Origin: Gammaproteobacteria bacterium
GTDB taxonomy: Bacteria; Pseudomonadota; Gammaproteobacteria; Eutrophobiales; Eutrophobiaceae
Length of the DNA: 64,000 bases
Direction of reading: 5' to 3'
Assembly: GCA_965243105.1 (NCBI GenBank)
Contig: CBDEUC010000003.1
Span: forward strand, 972,793 to 1,036,792
Part shown: positions 1 through 10,390 of the stretch, piece by piece
How the letters are laid out: each line of letters begins with the position of its first letter
Numbering within the stretch: the stretch's first letter is position 1
The notes under the pieces: model-generated
Seen by the model: the letters and a program-made list of their open reading frames with translations, nothing else
What the model was told of the DNA's origin: nothing
Databases searched by the model: none
Made by a program: the position numbers and the translations under genes

Positions 1-428
1 GTCCAGGCCATGCCAAGCTCCGCCTCGACAATGGAAATCACAAGCGGCTTTTCATCCTGCTTTATTTCCTCGGATCCGGAGAGGTAATCCCGCAGGCGTT
101 TACCATAGACCGACGCTCGTGCGACCGGCGATGCTCTCATGGTTTCCGTGTCAACCAGGGCTTTCAGGCTCGTCATACCCGCCTGCAGTGATGACGTCAT
201 GGCGAAGCTGAGCGGAAAGGCCCGGCAAATATGTGCCAGCAGGAAATCCCGTCTCATCTTTGCATCAAGTTCCAGCGCATCGGGACGAATCGTTTCAAAG
301 TCCGCCTGTTCTTCTTCCAGTAACTCGTAAGACGCCAGCGCGCTCACCCCCTCGCTGGTAAACCGGGATCTCAATTCACTATCAAACAGTAAATCAAACA
401 GGGCCCTTTCCTGTTCTACAAAACTCAT
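1..428 (-). CDS. DUF2063-family protein (MbnC/BufC-like partner of MNIO enzymes), N-terminal part only. The gene continues past the window start.
   Basis: Minus-strand ORF starting at the ATG at 428..426, in an ATGA overlap with the stop of the upstream DUF692 gene. I translated it by eye as MSFVEQERALFDLLFDSELRSRFTSEG... The family assignment rests mainly on the conserved DUF692-DUF2063 gene pairing. Confidence 0.55.
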   Translation of the reverse strand, partial: MSFVEQERALFDLLFDSELRSRFTSEGVSALASYELLEEEQADFETIRPDALELDAKMRRDFLLAHICRAFPLSFAMTSSLQAGMTSLKALVDTETMRASPVARASVYGKRLRDYLSGSEEIKQDEKPLVISIVEAELGMAW

Positions 429-1321
429 GCTTGCTGCTCCAGGCAAGCTAACAGCGACTCGCTGGCGCTGTGCTCATGTATGGCTGTCCTGACTTTCTCC
501 AGCGTCGACATCACCCGATTCTCTTCCACGCCCTCGCATTCAAAACACACAGCCCTTAAATTCGGCAGGTGCGGCAACATGCTTGCCAGCATCTTCCAGG
601 TGGGCTCCAGGATCGTGCTTTCATGGGCATCAATGTAGATGGGCCCCTGCTCACCTTTTTTTAACTGCCCGCCGGCAATATGAACTTCGATCACCCTTTC
701 ACAGGGTAACTCGTCGAGATGATCGGAGACCTTTTGCCCGCTTGCCATCTCCCAGGACACAAGGTGACCCATGTCCAGCAGAATGGCAGCGTCCGTGGCC
801 TCGCTCAGCTCTGCAAAAAAAGAAAACAGCGGCATGGTGCCCGCAACAAAACTAAACGGTGGCGGTTCAATGGCAATCGGTACCGGAACCGAGTCCTGCA
901 CTTCCTTAACCCGATCAATCGCCAGTGCCAGCGATGAACGATTAAAAATAGGTGGTATGAAATAACCAAGACTGGTCGAATAACCCGGTCCTTCTTGCCA
1001 GAAACAGTAGGCGCAATCCTGCGCAAACCAGGGCGAGCCCACTTTCTCAACATGCAGGGCCGTCGCCTTCAACCACGAATGACTGTTGGCGTGGGAACCG
1101 CAGAAATTAATGTACGAGGGATGGTAAAGGATCGCGGCGCCAGTCTCCCTGATGCGATCCACTTCATTGATGACCTGGTTCACGTCAACCAACCCGGCAT
1201 ATTCAACAAAACCCGGACCACCGCGCTGGTTCACCAGCTTTACCGGGTCAGGTTGCGAGGAAAGGCTGAGGCTGGCCCCAAGGCCCAGCACCGGCAATGC
1301 ATTAATATCGAGTCCCATCAA
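425..1321 (-). CDS. DUF692 / UPF0276 family protein (MNIO, multinuclear non-heme iron oxidase; MbnB/BufB-like)
   Basis: 298-aa ORF with the TIM-barrel, xylose-isomerase-like composition typical of DUF692. It is immediately followed by a DUF2063 partner with overlapping stop/start. Confidence 0.75.
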   Translation of the reverse strand: MMGLDINALPVLGLGASLSLSSQPDPVKLVNQRGGPGFVEYAGLVDVNQVINEVDRIRETGAAILYHPSYINFCGSHANSHSWLKATALHVEKVGSPWFAQDCAYCFWQEGPGYSTSLGYFIPPIFNRSSLALAIDRVKEVQDSVPVPIAIEPPPFSFVAGTMPLFSFFAELSEATDAAILLDMGHLVSWEMASGQKVSDHLDELPCERVIEVHIAGGQLKKGEQGPIYIDAHESTILEPTWKMLASMLPHLPNLRAVCFECEGVEENRVMSTLEKVRTAIHEHSASESLLACLEQQA

Positions 1322-1493
1322 TCCAGTGTAATGGGGAATAGTGAAACTGGAAAGAGCACATGATCTTGCCAGGCATAGGCAAGATTCGGCTGGTCTTACT
1401 CGTGCTCTTTTATTCGTAGCCTTTTATACATAGTCTTTTATTTGGGGGCTTTAGGCTCTAAGCTTGGTGTTTTCATTTTTCCCCTTTTATTCA

Positions 1494-4400
1494 ATGACTG
1501 GATCTTCAGGCAACTGGTGCTTCTGGATAGACCGTGGCGGTACCTTTACCGATGTCGTAGCCCAGTCCCCAAAAGGTGAATTGCGCGCCCACAAGTTATT
1601 GTCCGACAATCCGCAGCACTATGATGACGCAGCAATCCAGGGCATGCGGGATATCCTTGGCGTCCAGGACGAAGACGCCCTGCCTTCACATCTCATCAGC
1701 AGTATAAAAATGGGTACCACGGTGGCTACCAATGCACTACTTGAACGCCGCGGCGAGAAAACTGTTTTTGTGACAAGCCGTGGGCTTGCCGATGTACTTC
1801 GCATTGGCTACCAGAATCGCCCCGATCTCTTTGCCCGACACATCGTATTACCTGAAATGCTGTACAGCTCGGTGATTGAAATTGATGAACGAATGGGCGC
1901 GCACGGTGAAGTCGTCAGGCCCCTTGATCTGTCGAGTGCAGGAGAAAAACTGCAGTCAGCCTTTGATGAGGGATACCGCTGTATTGCCATAGCCCTGATG
2001 CACGGCTATCGCTATCCCCGGCATGAGCAGGCGCTGGCACAAGTGGCCACTGACATTGGCTACCAGCAGGTATCCCTGAGTCACAGCACGAGCCCGCTGG
2101 TGAAAATCGTGTCGAGAGCTGACACCACCGTGCTGGATGCCTACCTGTCTCCCATACTTCGGCGCTATATCAACAGGGTGTCCGACTACCCCGGCATCAA
2201 GAAGGAAAATGGCAGCGGGCCGGAACTCCTGTTCATGCAATCAAGCGGCGGGCTGACGGATGCACGCCGATTCCAGGGAAAAGACGCCATTCTCTCCGGG
2301 CCGGCGGGTGGCGTCGTTGGGATGGTGAAAACAGCAGGCATGGCGGGCTACGACAGGCTTATCGGCTTCGACATGGGTGGCACTTCAACTGACGTTACCC
2401 ATTACCACGGTGATTACGAGCGAAGTTTTGAAACCCAGGTTGCAGGAGTGCGTCTTCGTGCGCCCATGATGCACATTCACACGGTCGCGGCAGGTGGAGG
2501 GTCCATCCTCGAGTTTGATGGTTCAAGGTTTCGAGTGGGTCCCGCCTCCGCAGGCGCAGATCCTGGCCCCGCCTGTTACCGCCGCGGAGGTCCCCTCACG
2601 GTGACGGACTGTAATGTCCTGCTTGGGCGAATTCATGCAGACTATTTTCCGCGCGTTTTTGGCAGCACCGGAAACCAGCCGCTTGATCGCGAAGCCACGC
2701 TTGATGGTTTTTTGAAACTACAGCAAAAGATCCTTTCTGAAAGTCAGCGGCAAATTTCACTGGAAGACATCGCAGAGGGCTATCTCAGGATTGCCGTGGA
2801 AAACATGGCCAATGCTATAAAGAAAATATCCGTGCAACGCGGACATGACGTGACTGCCTATACATTAAATTGCTTTGGCGGCGCGGGCGGACAACATGCC
2901 TGTCGTGTCGCCGATGCCCTCGGTATTGAGCGTATCTTCCTGCATCCCCTGGCTGGCGTGCTTTCCGCCTACGGTATGGGCCTTGCAGACATTCGCGTTA
3001 TTCAACAGGCGCAGATGGACATAGCTCTTGATAGTGAATGTGAAACAGCCCTGCGCGAGGTTTGCCAACAGCTTGCAATAAAGGGCAAGGAGGAAGTACT
3101 CGCACAGCAGGTGCATGAAAAGCACATCGAGCACCTTGAGCTTGTGCATATTCGCTATGCCGGCACAGATAACTCCCTGCCCGTGACCCGTGGCGGTTGC
3201 AATGAAATGCAGTCGGAATTTGAATCACTGCACCGCCAGCGTTTTGGCTTTATCGACGAAGCGCGAGAGCTGCTCATTGAGTCAGTCAGCGTAGAGACCA
3301 TCGGTGAGAGCGACACACCGGCTGAAAGTGTTACCGATCAGCCTGCCACGCAACCCGCAAAACCGGGCGACCACGTCAGCATGTGGATCAATAATCAATG
3401 GCAGGACGTGCCGCTCTATGAACGCGACTCCCTGCAACCCGGACACGAGTTGAGCGGCCCCGCCATCGTCGTTGAAAACAATAGTACCCTCGTCATTGAA
3501 CCAGGATGGCAGCTGACCCTGAACCGCTACAGGCACCTGCTGTTACAAAGGATCGAGGAGCGTCCCGCGAGTGAAGCTGTAGGAACAAGCGCGGACCCGG
3601 TCATGCTGGAAGTCTTTAACAATCTTTTTATGTCCATAGCAGAGCAAATGGGGGCGACGCTATCCAACACTGCCTACTCGGTCAATATCAAGGAACGACT
3701 GGACTTCTCCTGCGCGATATTTAGCAGTGAGGGTCGGCTGGTTGCCAACGCACCACACATGCCGGTACACCTTGGCTCCATGGGAGAATCAATAAAGGAG
3801 ATCATACGGCTCAACCGGGACAGCATGTGCCCGGGCAATGTTTACATGCTGAACGATCCCTACCACGGCGGCACACACCTCCCTGATGTTACCGTTATTA
3901 CGCCGGTGTTTGATGACCGCGGCGACGGGATCCTTTTTTATGTCGCCTCGCGCGGTCACCACGCAGACATTGGCGGGCGTACTCCGGGGTCATCTCCCCC
4001 TGGCAGTCAGCATATCGATGAAGAAGGCGTGTTGATTAACAACTTCCTTCTCGTCGAAAAAGGGGTCCTGCGTGAAGCTGAAGCCCTGGATTTATTTCAA
4101 AGCGGACCCTGGCCCTGTCGCAACCCGGAGCAGAACATGGCCGATCTAAAGGCGCAAATCGCCGCCAATGAAACGGGAGTACGGGAAGTTAAGAAGATGC
4201 TGCAACACTTTGGTGTCGACGTGGTGCAGGCATACATGCAGCACGTACAGGATAATGCTGCCGAGTCAGTGCGTCGCGTGCTTGATGTTCTCAGCGACGG
4301 CAGTTTTATCTACCCGATGGATGACGGTGCGGAAATTCATGTGTCGGTACTTGTCGACAGGAACACCCGCAAAGCGGTGATTGACTTTACCGGTACAAGT

Positions 4401-5117
4401 CCTCAAAGCAAGGGTAACTACAACGCACCGCTGGCTGTGTGCAAGGCTGCCGTGCTCTATGTATTTCGCACCCTGGTCGATGACGATATTCCCCTTAACC
4501 AGGGCTGTCTTGAACCCCTGGACATACGCGTCCCCGCGGGCTCAATGCTCAATCCCGAGTGGCCTGCGGCAGTGGTGGCAGGTAACACCGAGGTGTCGCA
4601 GGCCATTGCCGATGCACTTTTTGCCGCGCTCGGTGCCATGGCCTCATCACAGGGCACGATGAACAACCTGCTTTACGGCAACCAGGAGTACCAGAACTAC
4701 GAAACAATATGCGGTGGCACCGGGGCCGGCCCGGACCATCCCGGCTGCGATGCGGTCCACAGTCACATGACAAACACGCGTATGACCGACCCCGAGGTCC
4801 TCGAATGGCGCTTCCCGGTTCGGCTTGAAGAATTTTCTATTCGCCGCGATTCCGGCGGCCGGGGAAAACACACCGGAGGCAATGGCGTGACTCGCAAGCT
4901 TCGCTTCCTCGAGAATATGACCGTCACCATGCTCACCTCTCGTCGTGACACCGACCCCTTTGGTGTCCATGGGGGAGAAAGCGGTGCACGCGGTCGAAAC
5001 TACCTGGTGAAAAAGAATGGTACGGAACTACAGCTGTCCGGGAATGACGAGGCCGAGGTTTCCCCCGGTGACATGATCGTGATCGAAACACCCGGCGGTG
5101 GAGGATTTGGAAAATGA
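1494..5117 (+). CDS. 5-oxoprolinase / N-methylhydantoinase (ATP-hydrolysing), fused hydantoinase A + B domains
   Basis: 1217-aa ORF. The N-terminus carries HyuA-type motifs ([21 protein letters not shown]) and the C-terminal half is HyuB-type. The likely true start is the Met at 1494 ([16 protein letters not shown]). Confidence 0.85.
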   Translation: MTGSSGNWCFWIDRGGTFTDVVAQSPKGELRAHKLLSDNPQHYDDAAIQGMRDILGVQDEDALPSHLISSIKMGTTVATNALLERRGEKTVFVTSRGLADVLRIGYQNRPDLFARHIVLPEMLYSSVIEIDERMGAHGEVVRPLDLSSAGEKLQSAFDEGYRCIAIALMHGYRYPRHEQALAQVATDIGYQQVSLSHSTSPLVKIVSRADTTVLDAYLSPILRRYINRVSDYPGIKKENGSGPELLFMQSSGGLTDARRFQGKDAILSGPAGGVVGMVKTAGMAGYDRLIGFDMGGTSTDVTHYHGDYERSFETQVAGVRLRAPMMHIHTVAAGGGSILEFDGSRFRVGPASAGADPGPACYRRGGPLTVTDCNVLLGRIHADYFPRVFGSTGNQPLDREATLDGFLKLQQKILSESQRQISLEDIAEGYLRIAVENMANAIKKISVQRGHDVTAYTLNCFGGAGGQHACRVADALGIERIFLHPLAGVLSAYGMGLADIRVIQQAQMDIALDSECETALREVCQQLAIKGKEEVLAQQVHEKHIEHLELVHIRYAGTDNSLPVTRGGCNEMQSEFESLHRQRFGFIDEARELLIESVSVETIGESDTPAESVTDQPATQPAKPGDHVSMWINNQWQDVPLYERDSLQPGHELSGPAIVVENNSTLVIEPGWQLTLNRYRHLLLQRIEERPASEAVGTSADPVMLEVFNNLFMSIAEQMGATLSNTAYSVNIKERLDFSCAIFSSEGRLVANAPHMPVHLGSMGESIKEIIRLNRDSMCPGNVYMLNDPYHGGTHLPDVTVITPVFDDRGDGILFYVASRGHHADIGGRTPGSSPPGSQHIDEEGVLINNFLLVEKGVLREAEALDLFQSGPWPCRNPEQNMADLKAQIAANETGVREVKKMLQHFGVDVVQAYMQHVQDNAAESVRRVLDVLSDGSFIYPMDDGAEIHVSVLVDRNTRKAVIDFTGTSPQSKGNYNAPLAVCKAAVLYVFRTLVDDDIPLNQGCLEPLDIRVPAGSMLNPEWPAAVVAGNTEVSQAIADALFAALGAMASSQGTMNNLLYGNQEYQNYETICGGTGAGPDHPGCDAVHSHMTNTRMTDPEVLEWRFPVRLEEFSIRRDSGGRGKHTGGNGVTRKLRFLENMTVTMLTSRRDTDPFGVHGGESGARGRNYLVKKNGTELQLSGNDEAEVSPGDMIVIETPGGGGFGK

Positions 5118-5575
5118 GTGAACACAGTAGCGACAGGGCCATGCAGTTGCAGCAGGTAATCTACGACACTATTGCGCTGGGTAGTGCCATGCAACTGAAG
5201 GTTAAACAGCTTGATAACAACCTGGCGATACTGGAAGCGCCGGTCAGCGAAGCAAACTTCAATATCCACGACACCGCCTTTGCCGGCAGTATTTACAGCC
5301 TCTCTGCCCTCACCGCCTGGGGCCTGGTACACATGCGACTTCTTGAAGAAGGTCACCGGGCAGACGTGGTTATCGCCAGGGCGGAGATTGCCTACCGGCG
5401 GCCGGTGTACGATAACATCAGGACAAACTGCCAGCTTGATGAGAAAGACTACCAGGATTTTCTTGTAAAGCTACTGGATAAGGGCAAAGCACGTATAGAA
5501 GTGCAGGTAGAGGTAAGGGAAGCTGAAGAGCGCCAGGCACTGCTGGATGCCAATGTCGCGGTAAATTTATCCTGA
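5114..5575 (+). CDS. YiiD_C / hotdog-fold thioesterase-like protein
   Basis: 153-aa ORF whose start overlaps the oxoprolinase stop (ATGA). The composition is hotdog-like. Confidence 0.5.
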   Translation: MSEHSSDRAMQLQQVIYDTIALGSAMQLKVKQLDNNLAILEAPVSEANFNIHDTAFAGSIYSLSALTAWGLVHMRLLEEGHRADVVIARAEIAYRRPVYDNIRTNCQLDEKDYQDFLVKLLDKGKARIEVQVEVREAEERQALLDANVAVNLS

Positions 5576-5639
5576 AAGTGAAGACGTATGCGTGTCCACA
5601 ATGCCGTACCAGGCATCAAGCCAGGAGCTAATCTTTAAG

Positions 5640-6476
5640 TTACATTGCGTCTTTAACAATTTTCAATATTGTCACTTCTGGTGGGACCAGGAATCTGACG
5701 GGAATTATGCTTGTGCCAACGCCTGGGCTTACATACAGATGTTTCCCATCTTCAATAATATGTCCTATAGCGTAACGCTCACCAAAATTCGAAGGCACAA
5801 TAGGACGACCAATCACAGGGATATATACTTGTCCTCCGTGTGTATGACCCGCAATTGTCAGTAGCACATTGTTCGGTATTTCAGGAAATACATCAGGGTT
5901 ATGTGTGAATGCGAGCACGCTATCGGACGCACCAACATCCGCCAACGCCTGGTTTATATTGTGGGGACCCTCCCAAAAATCACTAATACCAACAAGTTTG
6001 AGATGACAGTCACCTTTGCTTAAATCCGTTGATCTATCTTCCAGTGCCTCAATTCCATTGCTGGAAAGAGCTTTTTCAACTCGCTTTGAGTCTAACCACC
6101 AATCATGATTACCAAGGACCGCATAAACTCCAAGAGGTGCTTTTAGTTTAGCCAACACAGCGCTTGCCGCTTCAGGTGCGATTAAAGTTCCTCCCACAAC
6201 TCGCTGTGTTACGAAGTCTCCTGGTAAAAGAGTCAGATCAGGTTTAGCTTGATTGACTCTGTTAACAAGGTCTCGAAGACTGTCGAGATCTTTGTAAGGG
6301 GAGCCAACATGTAAATCTGCGAGTACTGCGATCCGCAGAGCGTTACACTGTGATGGCCACCGCGGGACAGTGACAGTTTCCTCTCGGATTCGAAAACTTG
6401 AAGGCTCAAGGTAAAAAGCCCATGACACAAGAATTAATCCCGTTACAAAAAAAACGATAGCAGTTACACGGGCCAT
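5640..6476 (-). CDS. Membrane-anchored metallophosphoesterase (calcineurin-like, YkuE-type)
   Basis: Phosphoesterase motifs GDFV, GNHD and GHTHGG follow an N-terminal TM helix. I chose the start at MARVTAIV so that it does not overlap the upstream TPP-enzyme gene. Confidence 0.7.
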   Translation of the reverse strand: MARVTAIVFFVTGLILVSWAFYLEPSSFRIREETVTVPRWPSQCNALRIAVLADLHVGSPYKDLDSLRDLVNRVNQAKPDLTLLPGDFVTQRVVGGTLIAPEAASAVLAKLKAPLGVYAVLGNHDWWLDSKRVEKALSSNGIEALEDRSTDLSKGDCHLKLVGISDFWEGPHNINQALADVGASDSVLAFTHNPDVFPEIPNNVLLTIAGHTHGGQVYIPVIGRPIVPSNFGERYAIGHIIEDGKHLYVSPGVGTSIIPVRFLVPPEVTILKIVKDAM

Positions 6477-6489
6477 TCGATCAGAATTG

Positions 6490-8349
6490 TTAAATATTCG
6501 AACCCTGGTTATCCCTGTCCGTCGCATCCAGTTCTTCATCTCCCATGATGATGTCCCGGTAGCTGGCACCTGCTGGAATCATCGGGTAAACATTCTCATC
6601 CGCATTAACAATGACATCCAGCAGCCAGGGCTCATCGGGATCGGCAAGCATGCGTTCATAGGCTGCGGCTAGTTCTTCCATGTCTGTAACGCGCTCGGCT
6701 TTCACACGATAACCCGCGGCGATGGACAGGAAGTCTGGATAGATGTCGGCCTCAGTACCTGGCTTTACCTGCATCAGTGGATCGGATAAGTCGGAGCACG
6801 CACGATTGCCTTCATAGATCATGTCCTGCCATTGCCTGACCATGCCCAGCCACTGGTTGTTAATGACAACCACCTTGACACCAATGCCGTAACGATGACA
6901 GGTACTGAGTTCATGGATGGTCATGTTCAGGCTGCCATCACCGTCAATGTCGATCACCATGCGATCCTGACAGGCTACCTTGGCCCCAATGGCGGCCGGT
7001 AAACCATAACCCATGGTGCCAAAACCGGAACTGGACAGGAAAGAACGGGAGCACGCACTCTGGTAATGCTGCATGGCCCACATCTGGTGTTGCCCCACCC
7101 CAAGACTGACAATGGCTTCGCCACCTGTCATATCACTCAACAGCGCGATGGCTTTCTGTGGCTTGATCCCCTCACCGCTGCCCAGGGGAAAGGGAAATTC
7201 AGTACGTAAACCCGCAAGGTAATTATTCCAGTCGGCGCAGGATTTTTGTTCGGCACCAGCGATGAGTTGCTGCATGGCAGTTTTTATCTCGGCGCAAATG
7301 GGTAGCGTGACCGTTTTATTCTTGTTTAACTCGTTTCGATCAATATCAATATGAATGATCTTTCCTGACTGGATAAATTCACTGATCTTGCCGGTAACAC
7401 GATCGTCAAAACGCACACCCAGTGCCAGCACGAGATCGGCCTCGTTGATTGCAACATTGGCATACTTGCTACCGTGCATGCCAAGCGTGTGCAGCGAAAG
7501 TTCATGCCCCGGCGGAAATGCGCCCACGGCCATGACTGTCACGGCAACGGGACAATGCAATTTTTCCGCCAGCGCAAGCAGTGCCTCTTCAGCCCCGGCG
7601 CTGACAATGCCACCACCTGCATAAATAAGTGGGCGCTGCGCTTCCTTAACAAGCCTGAGACATTCATCCAGCTGGTTCTCCGTGAGACCTGCAATTTTTT
7701 CTTCCGGGTGTTCAATCACCGCCGGCATACGCGGCGGTGCATAGTTACCGTCCGGGTCTCTCGGGTAATGCTGCTGGATATCCTTGGGGATATCGATCAG
7801 CACCGGGCCGGGCCGATTACCGCCGGCAAGGGTGAATGCCTCTTTTACCACCTCCGGTATGTCCCCGACTTTCTCCACGAGGTAATTTTTCTTGGTAATG
7901 GGCTTCGTGATGCTGACGATGTCCACTTCCTGGAAAGCGTTCTTTCCCAGCAGGTGTGACGGCACGTTCCCGGTAATCGCCACGATTCCCGTGGAATCGC
8001 TGTTGGCATCCGCTATGCCGGTGACAAGGTTTGTAGCGCCCGGACCTGAGGTGGCGAGACAGACACCCACCTTGCCACTGGCGCGGGCGTAGCCCTGTGC
8101 CGCGTGCGCGGCGCCCTGCTCGTGCTCTACCCGTACACAATCAATACCGGATTCCGCGAGAACATCGAAGATCTCCAGGTTGGCACCGCCGGGGTAGCCA
8201 AAAATCACGTCCACGCCTTCCAGCTTCAGGCACCTGGCCAGTATCTGAGCGCCTTTCAGCGCACTGTCTCGCTGCTCAGGGCGAATGTCTGCAAGGCTGC
8301 CGCCACTGATACTGGGCAGGTCCTGGTAGGTAATGTTGTCAGCGGACAA
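6490..8349 (-). CDS. Thiamine-diphosphate enzyme of the acetolactate synthase large-subunit family (IlvB/IlvG/Xsc-like)
   Basis: 619-aa ORF with the three TPP-enzyme domains, including the GDG...N TPP-binding motif (IDIDGDGSLNMT). No small-subunit gene is adjacent. Confidence 0.8.
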   Translation of the reverse strand: MSADNITYQDLPSISGGSLADIRPEQRDSALKGAQILARCLKLEGVDVIFGYPGGANLEIFDVLAESGIDCVRVEHEQGAAHAAQGYARASGKVGVCLATSGPGATNLVTGIADANSDSTGIVAITGNVPSHLLGKNAFQEVDIVSITKPITKKNYLVEKVGDIPEVVKEAFTLAGGNRPGPVLIDIPKDIQQHYPRDPDGNYAPPRMPAVIEHPEEKIAGLTENQLDECLRLVKEAQRPLIYAGGGIVSAGAEEALLALAEKLHCPVAVTVMAVGAFPPGHELSLHTLGMHGSKYANVAINEADLVLALGVRFDDRVTGKISEFIQSGKIIHIDIDRNELNKNKTVTLPICAEIKTAMQQLIAGAEQKSCADWNNYLAGLRTEFPFPLGSGEGIKPQKAIALLSDMTGGEAIVSLGVGQHQMWAMQHYQSACSRSFLSSSGFGTMGYGLPAAIGAKVACQDRMVIDIDGDGSLNMTIHELSTCHRYGIGVKVVVINNQWLGMVRQWQDMIYEGNRACSDLSDPLMQVKPGTEADIYPDFLSIAAGYRVKAERVTDMEELAAAYERMLADPDEPWLLDVIVNADENVYPMIPAGASYRDIIMGDEELDATDRDNQGSNI

Positions 8350-8525
8350 TTCGATTCTCCGTTTTCACCGATGATTCCTGTTTTTACAAGGGCCTATATA
8401 TAAGTAATGAAAAATAGATTAAATATCCACGATATTTAACTGATCAAACGGGAAAATTTAATCCTACTGTCATATTGGCTTTCATATTTTGTCACATTTC
8501 GAGCCCATACTTGCCACTCAATTCT

Positions 8526-9335
8526 ATGATGACCCCAACTTCAAACGTGAGACACATCAGTCCGAAACACTTTCGGGCAATCTTTATCTCGGATGTGCAC
8601 CTTGGTTTCAGTGGCTGCAGCGCTGAATTTCTTCTCGACTTTCTTCGCTCGACCACCTGCGATTACCTCTACCTCGTCGGTGACATTATCGATGTGTGGC
8701 AGGTGAAAAAGAAGCTTTACTGGCCACAGGCACATAATGACGTGATTCGTACCATTCTTGGCAAGGCAAAGCACGGTACAAAAATAGTGTATGTGCCGGG
8801 CAATCATGACGAGATATTCCGCGCCTATTCCGCCATGCAGCTGGGCAACCTGGAAATACAGGTAAAGGCAATCCATACCACCAAGACAGGTAAACGTTTT
8901 CTTATCATGCACGGCGATGAATTTGATGCTGTCGTATGCAGCTCAAAAGCGGTAGCCCTGCTCGGCAGCAGTCTTTACGCCTTCCTGCTTAGCCTGAATG
9001 GTGTGGTCAACCTGTACCGCCGCTGGAGGGGTATTCCTTACTGGTCATTGGCCAAGGCACTCAAGCACCAGGTCAAGCACGCGGTGAACTTCATTAGCAA
9101 CTTTGAAACCGCACTGGCCATTGCTGCGGAGAAGCATGAAGTTGATGGTCTTGTATCGGGACATATACACAACGCCGAGATCACAAGGATAAACAATATT
9201 ATTTACTGCAATTGCGGTGACTGGGTTGAAAGTTGTACCGCGCTTGTTGAAACCAATGATGGTCACCTGGAATTACTACACTGGACCGATGAACAGTCCT
9301 CGCTCAAAACCCTTGACCTTGAAGAAGTAGCTTAA
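8526..9335 (+). CDS. LpxH-like metallophosphoesterase (UDP-2,3-diacylglucosamine hydrolase family)
   Basis: Motifs DVHLG, GDIID, GNHD and GHIH. The start is set at MMTPTS. Confidence 0.65.
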   Translation: MMTPTSNVRHISPKHFRAIFISDVHLGFSGCSAEFLLDFLRSTTCDYLYLVGDIIDVWQVKKKLYWPQAHNDVIRTILGKAKHGTKIVYVPGNHDEIFRAYSAMQLGNLEIQVKAIHTTKTGKRFLIMHGDEFDAVVCSSKAVALLGSSLYAFLLSLNGVVNLYRRWRGIPYWSLAKALKHQVKHAVNFISNFETALAIAAEKHEVDGLVSGHIHNAEITRINNIIYCNCGDWVESCTALVETNDGHLELLHWTDEQSSLKTLDLEEVA

Positions 9336-9336
9336 G

Positions 9337-10377
9337 ATGAAAATAGTACTCGCCACGGATGCCTGGGCACCGCAAGTTAATGGTGTCGTTCGCACCTATC
9401 AGAACGTTTGTAAATACCTTGAAAGCATTGGCAACGATGTCGAAGTTATCCATCCAGACCTGTTTCGCACGGTGCCCTTACCGACTTACCCGGATATCAG
9501 GCTGGCAGTATTTCCCGGCCAGAAAGTGGCCGAGATAATCGAGAGCAGCTACGCTGATGCACTGCATATCGCCACCGAGGGGCCAATTGGTTTTGCAGCT
9601 CGAAGCTATTGCCTGAAACACGGCCTGCCCTTTACTACCTCTTTTCACACGCGCTTTCCGGAATACATCAGGTTGCGTGCGCCGGTACCGCTGGCCCTGT
9701 CCTATGCCATGGTGCGTCGTTTTCATGAACCGGCAGTACGAACACTCTCACCCACCGACTCACAGAGTCGTGCCCTGAAAGAGCGTGGCTTTAAAAATGT
9801 TGAGACCTGGTGCCGTGGTGTGGACACCACGATTTTCAAACCATGGGGCAAAAACCTTTTTGATTTACCACGCCCCATATTCGCCTACATGGGACGTGTC
9901 GCGGTTGAAAAAAATATAGAGTCTTTCCTTAAACTGGATTTACCCGGCAGCAAGGTTGTTATTGGGGATGGTCCCGATCTTGGAAAGCTGCAAAAGCGCT
10001 ATGACGACGTGCACTTTACCGGTATGAAGCATGGCAGGGAACTCGCCGAGAATGTCTCCTCAGCGGATGTCTTCGTGTTTCCAAGCCTGACTGACACCTA
10101 TGGTGTTGTCATGCTGGAAGCCATGGCCTGTGGTTTGCCTGTCGCTGCCTTCCCCGTGCAGGGACCGATCGACGTTGTGAAAAACGGCGTGACCGGTGTG
10201 CTGGATAATGATCTTGGAAAAGCAGCTATCGCCGCCTGCAAGTTGAACTCCGAGGACTGTATTGATTTCGCTTCAAAGCGTACCTGGCGTGAAACAGCAC
10301 AGACCTTTGTCAGGCACCTGCAGCCACTGCACAACGAAAGGATCTATGCCGGTCACCGCTTTTCAGTAGAGTGCTAA
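9337..10377 (+). CDS. Glycosyltransferase family 4 (GT-B, group 1)
   Basis: 346-aa ORF with typical GT4 N-terminal and EX7E-region features. It lies 2 bp downstream of the LpxH-like gene. Confidence 0.8.
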   Translation: MKIVLATDAWAPQVNGVVRTYQNVCKYLESIGNDVEVIHPDLFRTVPLPTYPDIRLAVFPGQKVAEIIESSYADALHIATEGPIGFAARSYCLKHGLPFTTSFHTRFPEYIRLRAPVPLALSYAMVRRFHEPAVRTLSPTDSQSRALKERGFKNVETWCRGVDTTIFKPWGKNLFDLPRPIFAYMGRVAVEKNIESFLKLDLPGSKVVIGDGPDLGKLQKRYDDVHFTGMKHGRELAENVSSADVFVFPSLTDTYGVVMLEAMACGLPVAAFPVQGPIDVVKNGVTGVLDNDLGKAAIAACKLNSEDCIDFASKRTWRETAQTFVRHLQPLHNERIYAGHRFSVEC

Positions 10378-10390
10378 GGCACTAAAGCTA

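Noticed and set aside
139-330. 63-aa plus-strand ORF at the window start
   Set aside because: It lies entirely inside, and antisense to, the DUF2063 coding region, and it has no motif. It is a shadow ORF.
1322-1493. Candidate RiPP precursor ORFs upstream of the DUF692 gene (MPGKIMCSFQFHYSPLHWIDGTRY, MYKRLRIKEHE, MKTPSLEPKAPK)
   Set aside because: They are too short and not Cys-rich. They have no signal peptide or leader-like features and overlap the MNIO start. I noted them in a finding but do not call them as genes.
6490-8349. An ilvN/ilvH small regulatory subunit next to the ALS-like gene
   Set aside because: The downstream ORF is a metallophosphoesterase and the upstream region is a divergent promoter. 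No ACT-domain small ORF is present.
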